A stretch of 63,954 nucleotides of DNA, counting the filler, from Elsinoe ampelina (lineage: Eukaryota): the NCBI GenBank assembly GCA_010093995.1. It is 6 parts of 6 records of this genome, joined end to end, with 100 filler letters (N's around TTAATTAATTAA, not from the genome) between each part and the next. Parts side by side here need not be neighbours in the genome. Positions count along the whole stretch, not along the records: positions 1 to 13,618 come from ML992568.1; 5 more parts are not named here. One strand, given 5' to 3'. Position numbers and translations under genes: made by a program. Positions within the stretch are counted from its first letter, which is position 1. Each line of letters begins with the position of its first letter. Below the pieces are notes generated by a model that was given only the letters and a program-made list of their open reading frames with translations, was not told the origin of the DNA and ran no database searches. Positions 1 through 13,718 of the stretch are shown in pieces.

Positions 1-38
1 GGCTGCTACTGTCGAGAGCGGCTGCTACTGTCGAGAGC
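1..38 (+). repeat. Exact 19-bp tandem duplication (GGCTGCTACTGTCGAGAGC x2) inside the ALDH coding region
   Basis: Directly visible. 19 is not a multiple of 3. Confidence 0.9.
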
Positions 39-241
39 GGCTGTGTGTCGATCAACACGCCCCATCTGCCGGATCCGAACACGCCGCTGGGTGGAACGAA
101 GCAGAGTGGGCAGGGTCGAGAGCTGGGTGGAGAAGGTCTTTATGCTTACCTGGAACCCAAGACCATCCATATCAAGTACGTCTGAGACACTTTCTGAGCC
201 AGCAGTGACTAACCTTGCATAGTATGAATGTCACTTCTTGA
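21..241 (+). CDS. Aldehyde dehydrogenase, 3' end only (gene begins before the window)
   Basis: Manual translation from 21 gives AATVESGCVSINTPHLPDPNTPLGGTKQSGQGRELGGEGLYAYLEPKTIHI, the ALDH C-terminal PxGGxKQSGxGRE..Y.E.K motif. A GTACGT..ACTAAC..TAG intron at 176-222 gives NMNVTS-stop at 239-241. Confidence 0.85.
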
Positions 242-513
242 CGCGGTCGGGCTTGGTGTGGTGCAGATATAGTCGTAGACATGTAACGATCATCTCCTTG
301 GGCTTTGTTGTTGCCACCCTCGCAGCTCATGTCTAGTACAGTATGTAGCATCAATGTCAAGACCATGTCCTCATGTCGGAACATAGGACCCTGCAGAATG
401 TGGAAATGCTACTGCCCCGTTGCCTGTGATTGAGACCAGACTCCATCATGCAGCCTCTGGCTTGTCTACCAGAGGCTTGCGCAGACTGCCGAAGGCAGTC
501 GAGCAAAAATTTC

Positions 514-1012
514 CAGTCCTAGCGATTTCACAAGTGGGTTCGTACTACCTCTTATCAACTATACTATGTTCGTCATGCTAATTAAACCCAGTTGCGATTC
601 GAGTTCTGTCGTGTTCACCGTTTTTGGCTTTGGCCCCCGCATTGTAGCGCTGATTGTCTACATCTTCCATCAAGACAGGCAGTGTTAGCCTCCAGGCGAA
701 TAGTTCGAGAGAAAAGTGAGTAATTCTACTTCGGAAATGTTACAGCAATAAAGGGCGTCCGTAGCTTTGTCTTGATAGTGTTCCGGGGCGCTGACGCGAT
801 CCAGTTGCCAAAATTGCTACGACTTCGTTCGCCTATATCTCGACCAAAAATTGAGCCACGAATGTGATAATTATACCATTCGATGTGCTGAAAAAAGCCA
901 AAAACGATGAGCACGACGAGACTCGAACTCGCAACTGGGCTTAATTAGCATGACGAACATAGTACAGTTGATAAGAGGTAGTACGAACCCACTTGTGAAA
1001 TCGCTGGGACTG
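514..1012. mobile_element. Non-autonomous DNA transposon (MITE), Tc1/mariner-like, with about 118-bp terminal inverted repeats
   Basis: 514-631 (CAGTCCTAGCGATTTCACAAGTGGGTTCGTACTACCTCTTATCAAC...TTTTTGGCTTT) is the near-perfect reverse complement of 894-1012. Termini are CAGT..ACTG, with TA on the right flank and TC on the left. No transposase inside. Confidence 0.85.
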
Positions 1013-1139
1013 TAAGTCACCATGACCGAAAACAAGCACGCTACCATTGCGCCACGCACCCTAAACCCGTACCCCAAGGGTTTCACGTGAAAGTGGATTC
1101 ACGTGGTTGAGGATTCACATGGTTGCAAATTTAAATCAA

Positions 1140-4100
1140 TATATAATCCATCATGCAATGACTTTGCTTCAATTCACAACTAGGCGCCCAGAGTCTGATT
1201 CGACTAACTACCTTACACGAACCTTGCTTATTTAAAGGAGGGAACAAAGAGAGTGCCCCTATGACAAATTTAAGCGTATTAGGCAAAAAGTTATATATAG
1301 CTAGGATAGCTATTATCTTAGCACTATATTGTTATAGTAACTTATATATAATATTACTACTAGACTCTCTTCGAGGGTAGCGCTAAGAACTAGCTATTAC
1401 TCTCCGTACTAGCTTTATCCCCTTCTTCGATCCCGACGTTGCCTCGCCTAGATTAACTAATCTCTTAATTATCCCTAATAATACTATTAGTACAATTGTC
1501 TACCTAGATATAAGAATTCTTGTAGATATTATTATTATAGATATAACCTAAACCTAATCGCTTACGCCCCTATAGTACTTAATCTATAACCTTATTAAGG
1601 TATTAATACATAACTTAATTATAACTAGAAGAATAGTTAAGGCTTTTAGTAAGCTAGGTATAAGCTTCTTCTATATTAATATATTAGTAAAGATCGTAGA
1701 GATATAGTAGTATATACTATCGAAGCGGCAAAGTGTCTCGATAAGTAACTTCGCTATAGCTTTCCTTAATAGCTTAGTGTATTTATGTAGTTAATCTTTA
1801 TAAGTCCTAATCTACCTAGCGATATTACGCTATATAAGTGTAAAGAGAAGGATCTTTAAGGTAGCGCTAATAACGTCTATAGGTAGATTATTAGTAGTGT
1901 CGGAGATATCGAAGAATAGTATAAGCTCTAGCTTACTTATGCCTATTTCGGGATAGTCTACTCCTATAACTCTTATTAGTCGAGATTTATATCGAGGTCT
2001 CCTAGCTTATAATTAAGTTTTATATAAGTATAGAGGATATCTCGCTATAAGCCTATAAGTCTAGTTAGGAATAGTTAAAGAAGAAGGAATTAATACTATA
2101 AAGTTAATTTATAGAAGCCTCTTAAGTAACCTTAAGGAACTACCGCTAGAAGGTATAAAGAACTAATTCTATTAGGAGTCTAGAGGGCCGCTCGGAGCCT
2201 TATAACTATAGGATCGCTATATGCTATTATTCTACGATATAATTCGATACGTAGTTCTAGGACTACTACCTAGACCTTATCCTTATTAGCTACGTATACT
2301 AAGTAGCGATTTTAGGTAATATACTAGATACTACACTTTATCTTCTCTAGCGTATTAAACGATCTAGGTAAAGGTATTCTTAATCTAATTAGACGTAATA
2401 CTTAGTAGGTAATAAGCTTATAAGAGAAGAACGTTAAGGTGTTAAATAACTTAAAGTAATTCGGCTATACTGTCGCTGTTATATAGATCGATTAGAAGGA
2501 CATATCTAAGAAATATAGTTAGCGTTACTTCTTTATTTTATGTAGCTCTTAATTAGTAGAAAAGGTAAATAGATTAACGACTAAGGTAAGTAAAATCCGT
2601 ATAAATAAAATTAGTTTTATTCTACTTATTACTAAGTTATATAACTAATATAGGACAAAGCTATATGCCTTTTATATACCCGGGAGTGTAGTAGTATATA
2701 TTATATCGATCGCTAGTGCGCGGTATACGCGTAAAATATATATACTAGTACGTCTCCTAATTATATCTACCCCTATAAGCTTCGTTCTAGCCTCCTACTA
2801 ACCCTTACACCGCTTTAGATAATTAATTACTACTACCTTATACCTATACTATACCTCTAGGACGACTATAATTTATAGCTCTTCTTGTGTGTCCTTACGA
2901 GCTATATAGTCTTAGTAAAACACTATAGTAACCGTTAGAATTTATAATAATATAATAATACTTACTTCTTAACTTACGACTATAATCCTAGCCTACTTTA
3001 AGTATATCCTAGACGCGGCTATATATACCTCGTGTTAAAAATCTCTAGTTTGCTTTACTAGCCTAAGTATATTTAAACTTATAGGTTTTAGAATTTATAA
3101 GAATTCTAGAGAGGAGCTTATATAGATACTTAGGTCTAGGGTCGGTTATTTAATAGAGAGGTTCGATATTGTCGAAACGTAGGAATTCTAACTCTTAATA
3201 GAGAGTATAGACTATATTAAGGTACGTAGTAGGCTTCTTAACACTAAGATTCCTAATTCTCTCCTTTCGTAAGTAGCTCTTGCTATTATATCTATCCGGG
3301 AATACTATAGGATATAGATTCCTAGACTTATAGTAAACCGTTAATATCGAGGGTAGAAAGAGAAGAGGCTAAATTTCGTAGAGATCCTTAGCAATATTAT
3401 AGTCTATAATATAGCCTAAAAGGATATAGGGACGGCTAGTAGGTAACTTCGATAGATACTAGTAGCGAAGTTAGAACGGCTAGGGGGAATAATGTTAAGT
3501 AGTAACTTCCGTAGTATAAATTATAATATAGATTGTATTATAGATAGCTTTATAGTATATACGAAGTAGAGGCGTATAACTCTAATTGTAGCGAGCTTTA
3601 TTAGTAGCTAACTAGGTGTACTATATCTAGACTAACTTACCGCTTAGATATTTAACATCGAGGGATAGGTAGAGATTCTTACCTCTCTACTAATAGAACG
3701 TATTAAGTCGACTATAGAGCTAATATAGATATAGCGTATAGTGCATTTTCGCTTTCTCTTCGTGTGTTCTACGCTAGTAATGCTTCTACTTCGTAGTACT
3801 CTTCTCTTTCTCCTTTGTTACTACTTACGTAAGCTATTCTTACTTAAGAATAAATACCTCCTCGAAAATAGAAAGCAGTTATAGTGTAACTATTCTCTTA
3901 GTAGTCTCTCTTACGCGAACTACCTCTTCTTAGATATATTAGACAATATTAGATAGGGTTTAAGTAAAATAGCCTCTAGGTAATTTACTCTTAAACTCTA
4001 CTTTTATAACCTTAGTAAGCTCTATCTATAGCGGGTTAACCTTATACCGACTAATGTATATATAGCTATAAACGCTAATATCGAGAATTATAAAGTTCTA

Positions 4101-7100
4101 TAATCGAGTCGTATAGAAGGCGTTATAAAATAGATTGTCTTTATCTCTAGGTCTAAATAAGTACGAACCTCTACCGAGTACCTAGATAGTTTTATACTCG
4201 ATTAGAAGATTATTATAGACACTAGGAATCTCGAGTAGGAAGTCTATAAAAAGAGGAGCTAGATAATTAAATTTAGAGAGACATCTAGGAACTAGTATTA
4301 ACTACTTCTATAAGCGAGCTACTACGGCGAATATAGTACCTAGACTAGTACTATATAGATATATCTAAGGGGGCCTTATCTACTAATTAGGATACTATTC
4401 TATAAGTAGTACTTAATTCGTAGAGTTAATGTATATTATACTTCTATCTACTATAGCCGAAATCTAGGAGAATACTATTATAAGATTATTATTATAAACT
4501 ATAAATACTTATAAGCTCGGAGCGATTCTACTTATTAAGGGTAGAGTCCCCTATATAGTATCTATGTTTTTAAAGGTAGCTTTACTAAGTATAAGCGTAG
4601 TGTAGGAGTTATCGTCCTTAAAGATAATTATATAGATATCTACCTTACGAGTAATATATAGTATACTAAACGTAAAGTTAACTAGATCTTTTCTTCTAGC
4701 GGCTATTAGAGAGCAAGATTTAACATCTAGTGTTAAGTATCTTCGATCGGTTTATTCTCTCGCCTAGAACTATCTATCGATGTCTTATATCTAACTAGAG
4801 AGCTTCTCTATAGGAGTTTCCTAGCGAATAAGGACAAAGTTATATAGCGCTTATTCGTAAGCTAGGTAAGAGTTAGATTGTCTCGATAGCCTAATTGTCG
4901 ATATATACTCCTTACGCTAGCTATAGTAGCTTTCTCTAGTAGGCTAATAGCACAGTATTTAGTAGTAAAAGAAGCCGTAACAATATATAGAGTATGCTTT
5001 GTAGCCTCTTAGGCTAGGCGACCTATTATCTAGCTCGAGAGAGGCTATTCCTTAGCTATAGAGAGAGCTACGCTAAATGTTTAAGTACTACGAGTCTACG
5101 ATAAAGAACAGAGGTAGTAATAAGTAAGGTATAAGATAGCAAACCTAAATAGTAAACCGACAAACCTACTAATAAGCGGTAAAGCAATATAGTAGAGCTA
5201 GGTTTAGCGCGCATAAAGTACAGTAGTATAGTATTATAGACAATAAGGTAGACTACTCTATAGAGTATATTAGTAGCGTAGGGGACGACCTAATTAGCCC
5301 CCTTAAGTAACTTGTAAGTAATATATCTATCGATGTAGGTGTCCTGCAATTCGGCCGTATATATATATATACGAGCGGGAAGCTTAGACGTAACAATTAG
5401 AATTATAGTTAACCCTCGCCTCGTAGATAGATAGAAACTAGCGGCTAATATAAAGTGTATTTAATTTTGCTATAGTAAGCTAGAGGCTACTCTATAATTA
5501 CGTTATATACTAAACTAATAGTATAGAGATAATGCTAAGAGCTAGATTAGAATAAAGTATTATTGTGTACCTATATAAGCGTAGCTTACTAACGACCTAG
5601 AGCTAGATTAGCGAAGATATTACTCTACCTTTATACACCGCTAGTGCCGCTATTATTATCGTTTAAGAAGATAATACAAAGCTTCTTATAGACCGCTATA
5701 GCTAGTAACGTAGGTACGTTAAGTCGTATTACCTCGGCAAACTAGATAAACTTACGCTACGTCGTATCGAAGATAATTAATATTTTAATAGTGTCGTTAA
5801 CAACGCTACGAGTAGTAATAACAATACTATACGCTCCTTTCTTACTAGGCTTATAGGCCTTAATAAGTGTACCTAATAATATAAATAGTACTTTGTCCTT
5901 TAATAGAACTAGGACGAAGTCTCGGTTCTTAGCTAGTATACTAGATAGTATTTTAGCGACTATTATAAAATGTATAGTCTCGTAGCTAGTAGCTAATAGT
6001 TATTCGCTACTAAGAACCTAAAAAGATAGTATAGTAGTATTAACGCTTAGGGAATCTATTAGAAGATAGAATAGCGTTATAGAGCTTTACTTACTCCTTC
6101 TAATACTAGAGCGTCGAGAAGTTACTAACAAGTATCTACGTCTATAGATTTATACTCTACTAATCTATTCGCTCGGACTTACTCTATTAACAGTAAGTAA
6201 AGAAAACTTAATAGTCTATTTCGCTAGCCTCGACCTAAGTATACTAGAATCTGCCGCCTAAAAGCGTAAATTAGTTATCTAAAGAATATAGTAATACGGA
6301 GATATACTTTTAGTAACGTTCGTATAGGTATAATTGTTTAAAGACAAGTAGGTAAGTACTAATAGAGGAATAGTACTAGACGCCTTAAGATTAAGGCGTC
6401 GTATTAAACCGCTCCTATCTCTACTAGCTTATACTAGATCTTTAATAGAGAGTCCGAAAGCCTATAGCTCTATACTATAGAAGTATAGGTTACCTAACAC
6501 CGTAGAAAGATAAATAAAGGTTAAAGCTTATATAGGGGTTAATAGAGTAAGCTCCTCCCTATAGCTAGTTTCGGACGGAGGTTCTATATAGGATACTATA
6601 GATAGTCGAGGTTTAGTTATAGTATTCGCATCGCTACTAGCCCCCGGATAGCTACTATAGTCTACGCTCTTATCTCTATATATACTATCTCTTTCCCCTT
6701 CTCTACTTTCGTTTCTACTGTCTATCTTATATCCTTCTTCTTCTTTATTATCTTACCTATCTACTCCCTAACGTTATTAACTATAAGGGATCGCTATATT
6801 ACTTACCTCTTCGATAGGCTTATACGAACTATTAGAGGAAGTATTATCTCTAGAATTATAGCTACTCGTTAGGGAATAGGCATTATCTAGGCTTATCGGC
6901 CGATACTATAGATCTATATCGTTCTAGATATTAGAGATAGGTAAATCCCTCTCCGAATAATTAACTAGGGCATATAACCTAAAGCGACTTATACGATGTA
7001 ATAAGTCTCCTTCGACGTTGCGGATAGTAGTTAAGCTAAGATTATTAGTAATCTTACTAATATCCTTCGTATTTTATTTACCTATAGGCGAGCTACCTAC

Positions 7101-10100
7101 CCTCGTTATGCTTTAAATCGTAGCTGTCGCAAAGTTTTCTTATAGTCGAGATACAACTTTAAAAGGCTTCTAGTAAATAAGCGTAGATAGAGGTCGTTAA
7201 TAGAAGATTCTACGTTCTAGGCTTAAGGTAGAGTAAATAGGGAAGAAGAAGCTAGGCTAGAGAATTTAACTTATTCCGTTAGTATTACTATCTCTTATTA
7301 TGTTATATAAGTTTATAGCGTCTAGTTCCGCGGGACGATAGTAGTAGCTCTATATTCCTTAATAAGGGCCGTATTCGTAGCGTTCTTATATATAATCTAG
7401 TATACGTTAAAGAGACCTATATAAAGATATTAACGTAATGTATTTAGATTCTATATAACAATAGTGCTAATTTACTATAAGAAGAAAGAGATTAGACGAT
7501 CTAGCGAGTATAGTATACTATATCTTTTCTAAAGTACTATATAGAGGTATATACCTATAATGCCTACGTCGAGGTAGAAAGTACTAAGGTATAGTAGGCT
7601 CGGCATCTAATAAGGCTGCTACTAGTCTTCTCCCCGGTAGTAGCTAATTTGTTTTTACTACTAGCTCTACTTCTATATACGGGACACTTTTAACCGCTTC
7701 CCTAAAACTTTAACCTAAAACTATAATCTTTAATAGATACCCTATAGGCTACTTAGCTCTATTACTAGAAGACCTAACAGATAGACCCCCGAATCGAAAA
7801 TACCGCCTAGTAGCTTTACGCATTTCTAGAGGAATAAGAAATTATAAAGAATTAAATATATTTAATTAAAGTATAGATCGACAAATCTATCTAATCGTAT
7901 CCTATTACTATAAGGAAAGAAACTTATTTAGTGTAATATTAGGTCTTATCCCTTACTAGAATCCTTACTCTTAGTATGCTTAACCTACCTAACTATAATA
8001 GTAACTCTAAATATAGTAGAGAATTATTAGGAGAGGAGTAAGAGTAGACCTACTTACGTAAGTACTTCGCCTACATATAGTTAGAAATAAGCTTACCTAG
8101 ACTACCTCGGTGTTATTAGAAAATATCTAAAGCTATGTCGTACTATATTACTAGGTCCCTCCTAGCGCTATTAAAGCCCCTACCTAGACTAAGTTTACCT
8201 TCCTAGCTCTTATAAAGCGAGTTAAGACAGTTAGTATTATATTTTGACGCTATGTCCTTATATATTCTCTCGATCTAATACTTAACGATGTCTACTATAT
8301 AGCCTTTAATTATCTTAGAAGTTAACTTCCTAGCTGTCTTACTATAAGGGACTCTTATATAGTTACGTAGGCTATAGATAGTAGATAAAGCCTATTAAAG
8401 GAGTCTAACTACTAAGTATTTGCATACTAGTACCGAGATTATATTCGCTAGTGTATAATTAACTATGCCCTAAAGCCTACTTAACGTATCTATCTCTTTA
8501 GCCTCTAGAGTAGACTAGTCTAAGTCGTTAACAGCGCCGAGAAAAAACTAAATAATAGCGATAGTAGTATCGATTTACTAGTAATATATATCCTAAGGCA
8601 TTATAGTAGGCAGCATTCTTCTAGATTCGTAGAGGTCTAAATAAGGCAAAATTTCGTAGTAATAGTATATAGTAGTAGTCTAAGGTAGTTAACGAACTAT
8701 ATATATATATAAGTATTACTATTTTTCCTAGCTTAATTATACTAGCGTAGATGTCAATTCTTTAGGAAGTAATTATAACTAATTCTAATAATTACACTAA
8801 GATAAGTATACTTAAATAAACGCTATTAATATTATTAAACTATAAATTACAACTATTATTACGCGCTACTAGATAGCCTCTAACCTAGATATCCTATATA
8901 TATAAAGAAAAATCGCTTAATATAGAAGACCTAACGACACTATTAAGATTAAGCTAAGCGCCTAATCTAGAAAGATAGAGTGTAGCATTTAGTTGTATAG
9001 AAGTAGTCCTAAGGCTAGACTAATAGCTCTAATAATACTAGTCGCTTATACTAGAGCCTACGTAATATAAAGTAGAGTAGTAGGAGAGAATAGACTAATA
9101 CTTAGCTACTTATAGACTATATAAGTAATATAAGCCCGAGGAGTACTACTTTAGTACTAAGAGAATTACTAGCCTCGATAAGAGCTATAGCTAAGATATA
9201 GATATTAGTAGTCTCTTTTACTATCTTATTACGTTAGAAGGTTAATACTAGTGTACTAGAGTTATGTTTCGAGGCGGTAGTAGGATCTATAATAGATTCG
9301 TCGTTATTACTATCGATGCTTATTAGTGTATATAGTAGTTTAGGATAGTAATCGAGCCTTACGGCTAATATGTCAAGTAATATAGGTCGTTATACTAATC
9401 CCCTAAGCGTACCTATCCTATTCTACGTAATACTAGGGGGTTTATAGACTAAATAGCTATCCTGTTTAATGTTAACCTTTATAGAACTCCTATAAGTAGT
9501 ATACTACCTACTAATTTCTCTCTCTTAAGCTAAAGCTTACTACTTACGAGATAAAGAAGATCTTTCTTCTTATAAGTACCTAGATAGTTAATTCTATAGG
9601 CTAAAAGCGTCTAGTAAAGGGTTAGTACGGTATATTAGTCTAGGGCCTAGATAACCTTTAAGTATGCCTCTAAAGCTATAGCGCTCCTTACGTAGATATA
9701 TACTCTATACTTCTCTATAACGACAATAAGCGCTACCTTTATAGCTTACGAGTTATATAGAATATAGAAGAGTTCTAGGCATGTAATTAGCTTGTTCTAT
9801 TTAAGTAACTTATAGTCGAAGCTAAGTTTTAGAAAGTCTTCTTTTAAAATAGTAAATATACTATTTAAACGTACCTAGAATAAAACGAACAATAGAGAGA
9901 ATAGTACTTCCGAGAGTAAGTAATAATAGGATAGAGAGGCGATAATAGATTATTATAACGACATAGAGAGGGAAGGTATAGACGCTATAGTTATATATCT
10001 ATCATCGGGCAATCTATAAATAAGGCTCTTACTCCTTTATAGTTTGCCCTAAATAATCTAAGACTTAGAGTATATATAGTAAGTCCGAACAAGTAACCCG

Positions 10101-13100
10101 ATTTATATATACTTCGCTAGTAAGGCTTATATCTCCGTACTCTAGGTCCCTTAGGACACTTATCTTAAAACATTATAGAATAGACTCTAATTTTAGTACA
10201 TCTCTAGGGGCGTAGTTATAGTGCTCTAGCTAGTAATTACGGCTTAGTTATGTTTCTCGTATATTAGTACTAAAGGAGGTAGTAATATTAAGACTATAAC
10301 ATTATCTAACAGTCCTATACTTAGATTTCTAGTCGGCACCTTAGCTAATTAGCGACCTCTAATAAAACGCGACATTAATTTAACTATTTAGCTTCCTATA
10401 TATAGTAATTGTTAGCGACATGCTTACCTACCTTTCTAGGGAGGCAGTCGAGGAGGATAAGGATCGGATCTAAGTTAGTTAACCTAGTATAGTAGTATAG
10501 AGATGTTAGTAATTCTATAAAGGTAGATAGGTTAATAATATAGAGCACTTTACGTAAGCGAGAGGAGTTTTAAGTATAATAGCTTAAGTTAATAGCTTAA
10601 GTCGATTATAGGGAGAGAAGGCTATATATAGTTTAGGTTTAAAGTAGGTAGGGGCCGGATAGAACACGAAATAGCTATATTAATACTAAGGTCTAAAAAT
10701 GAATATTACCTCTCCCTACTAACCTTATAACTTAATGTCTACTAACTATCTTCTACCTCGCGTCTAAGTAAGTCTATTTACTATAGAGAATTATATTTAT
10801 TAAATATGTACTAAACTTATGCCCTTTTCCCTTATAGCTCTTTACTCTCCCCTAAGATCGTTATTTAGCTAAGACTAGTAAAGTCGTAATTATAACTATA
10901 TCGGTGTATACTACATTCCGCCCTATAGTAGACGTAGTCTTTACTATCTTATACCTCGCGGCTGCCCTAGCCCCTCGCCTTTGCTGTCCTACTATTATTA
11001 TTAGCCTACCTTCTACCTTGTTCTACCTCCTACTTTACGAGGTTAGTTATTACTCTAAATCGTAGGATAGCTAGAGAAGTGCTAGAGGACATTAGGTTTA
11101 GAGGAAGCTAAAACAGCGTATTTATAGGTATAGTAAGAAGATAGTTAGTTATAATATAGTATAGACTATATAGTTATTATTAGTAATAGGTGTAGGTCTA
11201 CCTAGTTCGATACTATAAGGCTAGAAATACCTAGATTAGCTAATAGAATAGATAGACATATAAGGGAGCTTAGAGCTAATTATAGCCTATAGATTACAAG
11301 GATAAAAGACAAGTAAGCGGCGAAATATATGCTACTATAGACATAGTATTATTAAACATTAGAGCGATAGGTATAAAATAGAGATAACGAAGTACGAGTT
11401 CTACCTCGACTATCGCTAATGAAATCCTCGTGCCTCTAACTAATTCTAAGATATAACATCTTTACCCTTATTATACTTATCTACGAACCTTTCTAAAAGA
11501 TTCTATACTAAACCTACTAAGTCTATTACTCCGCGTCTCTATCTATAGATAATATAGTATAAGAGTCTTATTCCTAGCTCCTTAAGCTCCTTAGTAAACC
11601 CTAATCTTATCTACTTTGCGTTCTCTTAGTTATTAGTAGCCTTTCCTTTGCCCTTAAATCGCTTAGTCTAGCTTTACTTTAGGCCTACTCGGGTTAGAGA
11701 CGAGAGAGAGACAGGAGTATAACGCTATATTTAGCCCTTACCCTTACCTAGTTCCTCGCTACCCTCGTCTATCTATTAAATTTTATTCTTCTTACGGGTG
11801 ACCTAGTTCGAATTACAATTCTATTAACTTAGCGTATTTCGCTACTAACTCGACCGGGGTTAATTAGTATTTATACTGTCGGCGTTATAATGCTTCTATA
11901 GATTATTAGTTATGAATTATATTTATTATTAATAGCGACTTTATTATAAAAATCGTTTCCCTTAGTATAGAACTAGGGAGACTTACTATATACGAGGCTA
12001 GAGTGCCGACTAAGGCGAGTCTTTAGCGGAGTATTAGACATATAGTCTAATATAAGGGAGAAACTATTAGAGAAATAGCTAGGCTCTATATTATCTTTAT
12101 CGTTTTAACCTTAATCGTCTATATCGATACTACTATTATCTTTATCGTTAGATAGGTCTAAATAATTGTCCTACTATATAGAGATAGTCTTATACTAGAG
12201 AGACGTACCGTAGAAGGTTAGCTTAGATAGTTACTACTACTATTATACGCCGATACCTAACATATAAGTCTTCGACTAAGTATTTAAGGGCTAAAGGTAC
12301 TTAGTATTTATTTCTTAAGCATCCTTATAGATAGGCTACTTCGTAGGCGGACTTATATTTAAGTTATAAGGGGTAAAGCTTCTACCTAGAAGCTATATAG
12401 CCTCGGATAGATCGTCTTTGTATTTAACGATAATACTCTTTCCTACCCTAGAACCTCTATTTATAAGTCTGCTCTTATCTATAGAGATCCTCGTACTTCG
12501 CCTATACTCTAGCCTATTAGTGTCCTACTTATTATACTTAACATTAACCTTTTTGCTACTAAGTAGCTCGCTATACTTCCGTACGGCTTAGCTGTTATTA
12601 GCGTACAGTAAATAAGTACGATTAGTACGATTATTAAGCCGATAGTCGTAGTTACTTGACATAAATATTCTACTAGTAAATCTCGTCTCTATAGGACTAT
12701 TCGGGTAGCCTCTAGAACGCTTAGAGTACTTATTTATAGTAGCTTATCGGACAATTATGTCTCGCTCTTTAATAAATAACTTAATAAGGTAAGGCTTATT
12801 AGCGTTAGGTAGATACTTAATATTATATTAAGACAAGATACTTTATAGAACGGCCTTTATATACGAGCGTACTATTAGGTCGAAACGGGCATTAAAGTAC
12901 TCTTTAGGATCCTAACTATAGTTATATCTATAGCGAGTAGCGTACTTCTTAAGGATTATAACAAGGTTAAGCTTTAATAGAGAGAGTAAGTAGAGTAAGC
13001 TAAGGTCGCGAAGAATATTATAGAGTTATAGGACTTAGATTCTACTAATGTCTACTCCGTATACTAGGTAGTCGATATATATACTCTATAGCATCTTATT

Positions 13101-13618
13101 AGGCTCGATTAGCACTTAAATTAAGAAGGTAAAATATAGAACTATATAGAAGTTACTAAGGGAAGCTCCTAAACTCTAAATACGGACGAGACTTATTTAC
13201 TAAGGAGATTAAGAGACTAATATAGGAGTTATAGATTATAGGTATAGTAGCGAAGACGTTATAATTAGTAAGCGTAATATTAATAAGTAAGTAAAGAGAG
13301 ACAAGTTTAGAATAAGAGCGTCGAGCGTAGAAAGCTTTTATTATAATTGTTTACTAAGACGAATACTATTAGAAGTATAGAATATCTAATATTATTAAAG
13401 GCGTAGTTAATAGGCTTAGACGCGAAATCCGTAAAGGTAGATAAGATTATAAAGAGGAATATAGAGAAAGGAGAGATAGGTTTCTTAAGGGGTTAGCCGA
13501 TACTATAATCGATACTCTAGTTATTGTAGTACTTAGCGCTATAGCAGTTGTAGAGGTTACTACTATAGTAGTTATCGTAGTTGTAGTAGCTATAGTAGTT
13601 ATAGTAGTTATAGTAGTT
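1140..13618. repeat. Large RIP-degenerate AT-rich repeat block of unknown element type
   Basis: Strong TpA excess and CpA/TpG depletion over about 12.5 kb, and no ORF of 60 aa or more in the track. Residual reading frames are broken mainly by TAA/TAG. The left boundary is approximate and the block runs into the spacer. Confidence 0.9.
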
Positions 13619-13718
13619 NNNNNNNNNNNNNNNNNNNNNNNNNNNNNNNNNNNNNNNNNNNNTTAATTAATTAANNNNNNNNNNNNNNNNNNNNNNNNNN
13701 NNNNNNNNNNNNNNNNNN
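13619..13718. other. Artificial contig spacer (44N + TTAATTAATTAA + 44N)
   Basis: Identical 100-nt structure at five sites; the 12-mer has stops in all six frames. Confidence 0.97.

Noticed and set aside
1200..4800. Starship captain (DUF3435 tyrosine recombinase) at the start of the RIPed block
   Set aside because: Manual translation of the ghost frames showed no recognisable recombinase motifs. It cannot be claimed without deRIP and an HMM search.
13663..13674. TTAATTAATTAA as a recurring biological motif
   Set aside because: Always centred in 44N flanks; it is a six-frame-stop assembly linker.
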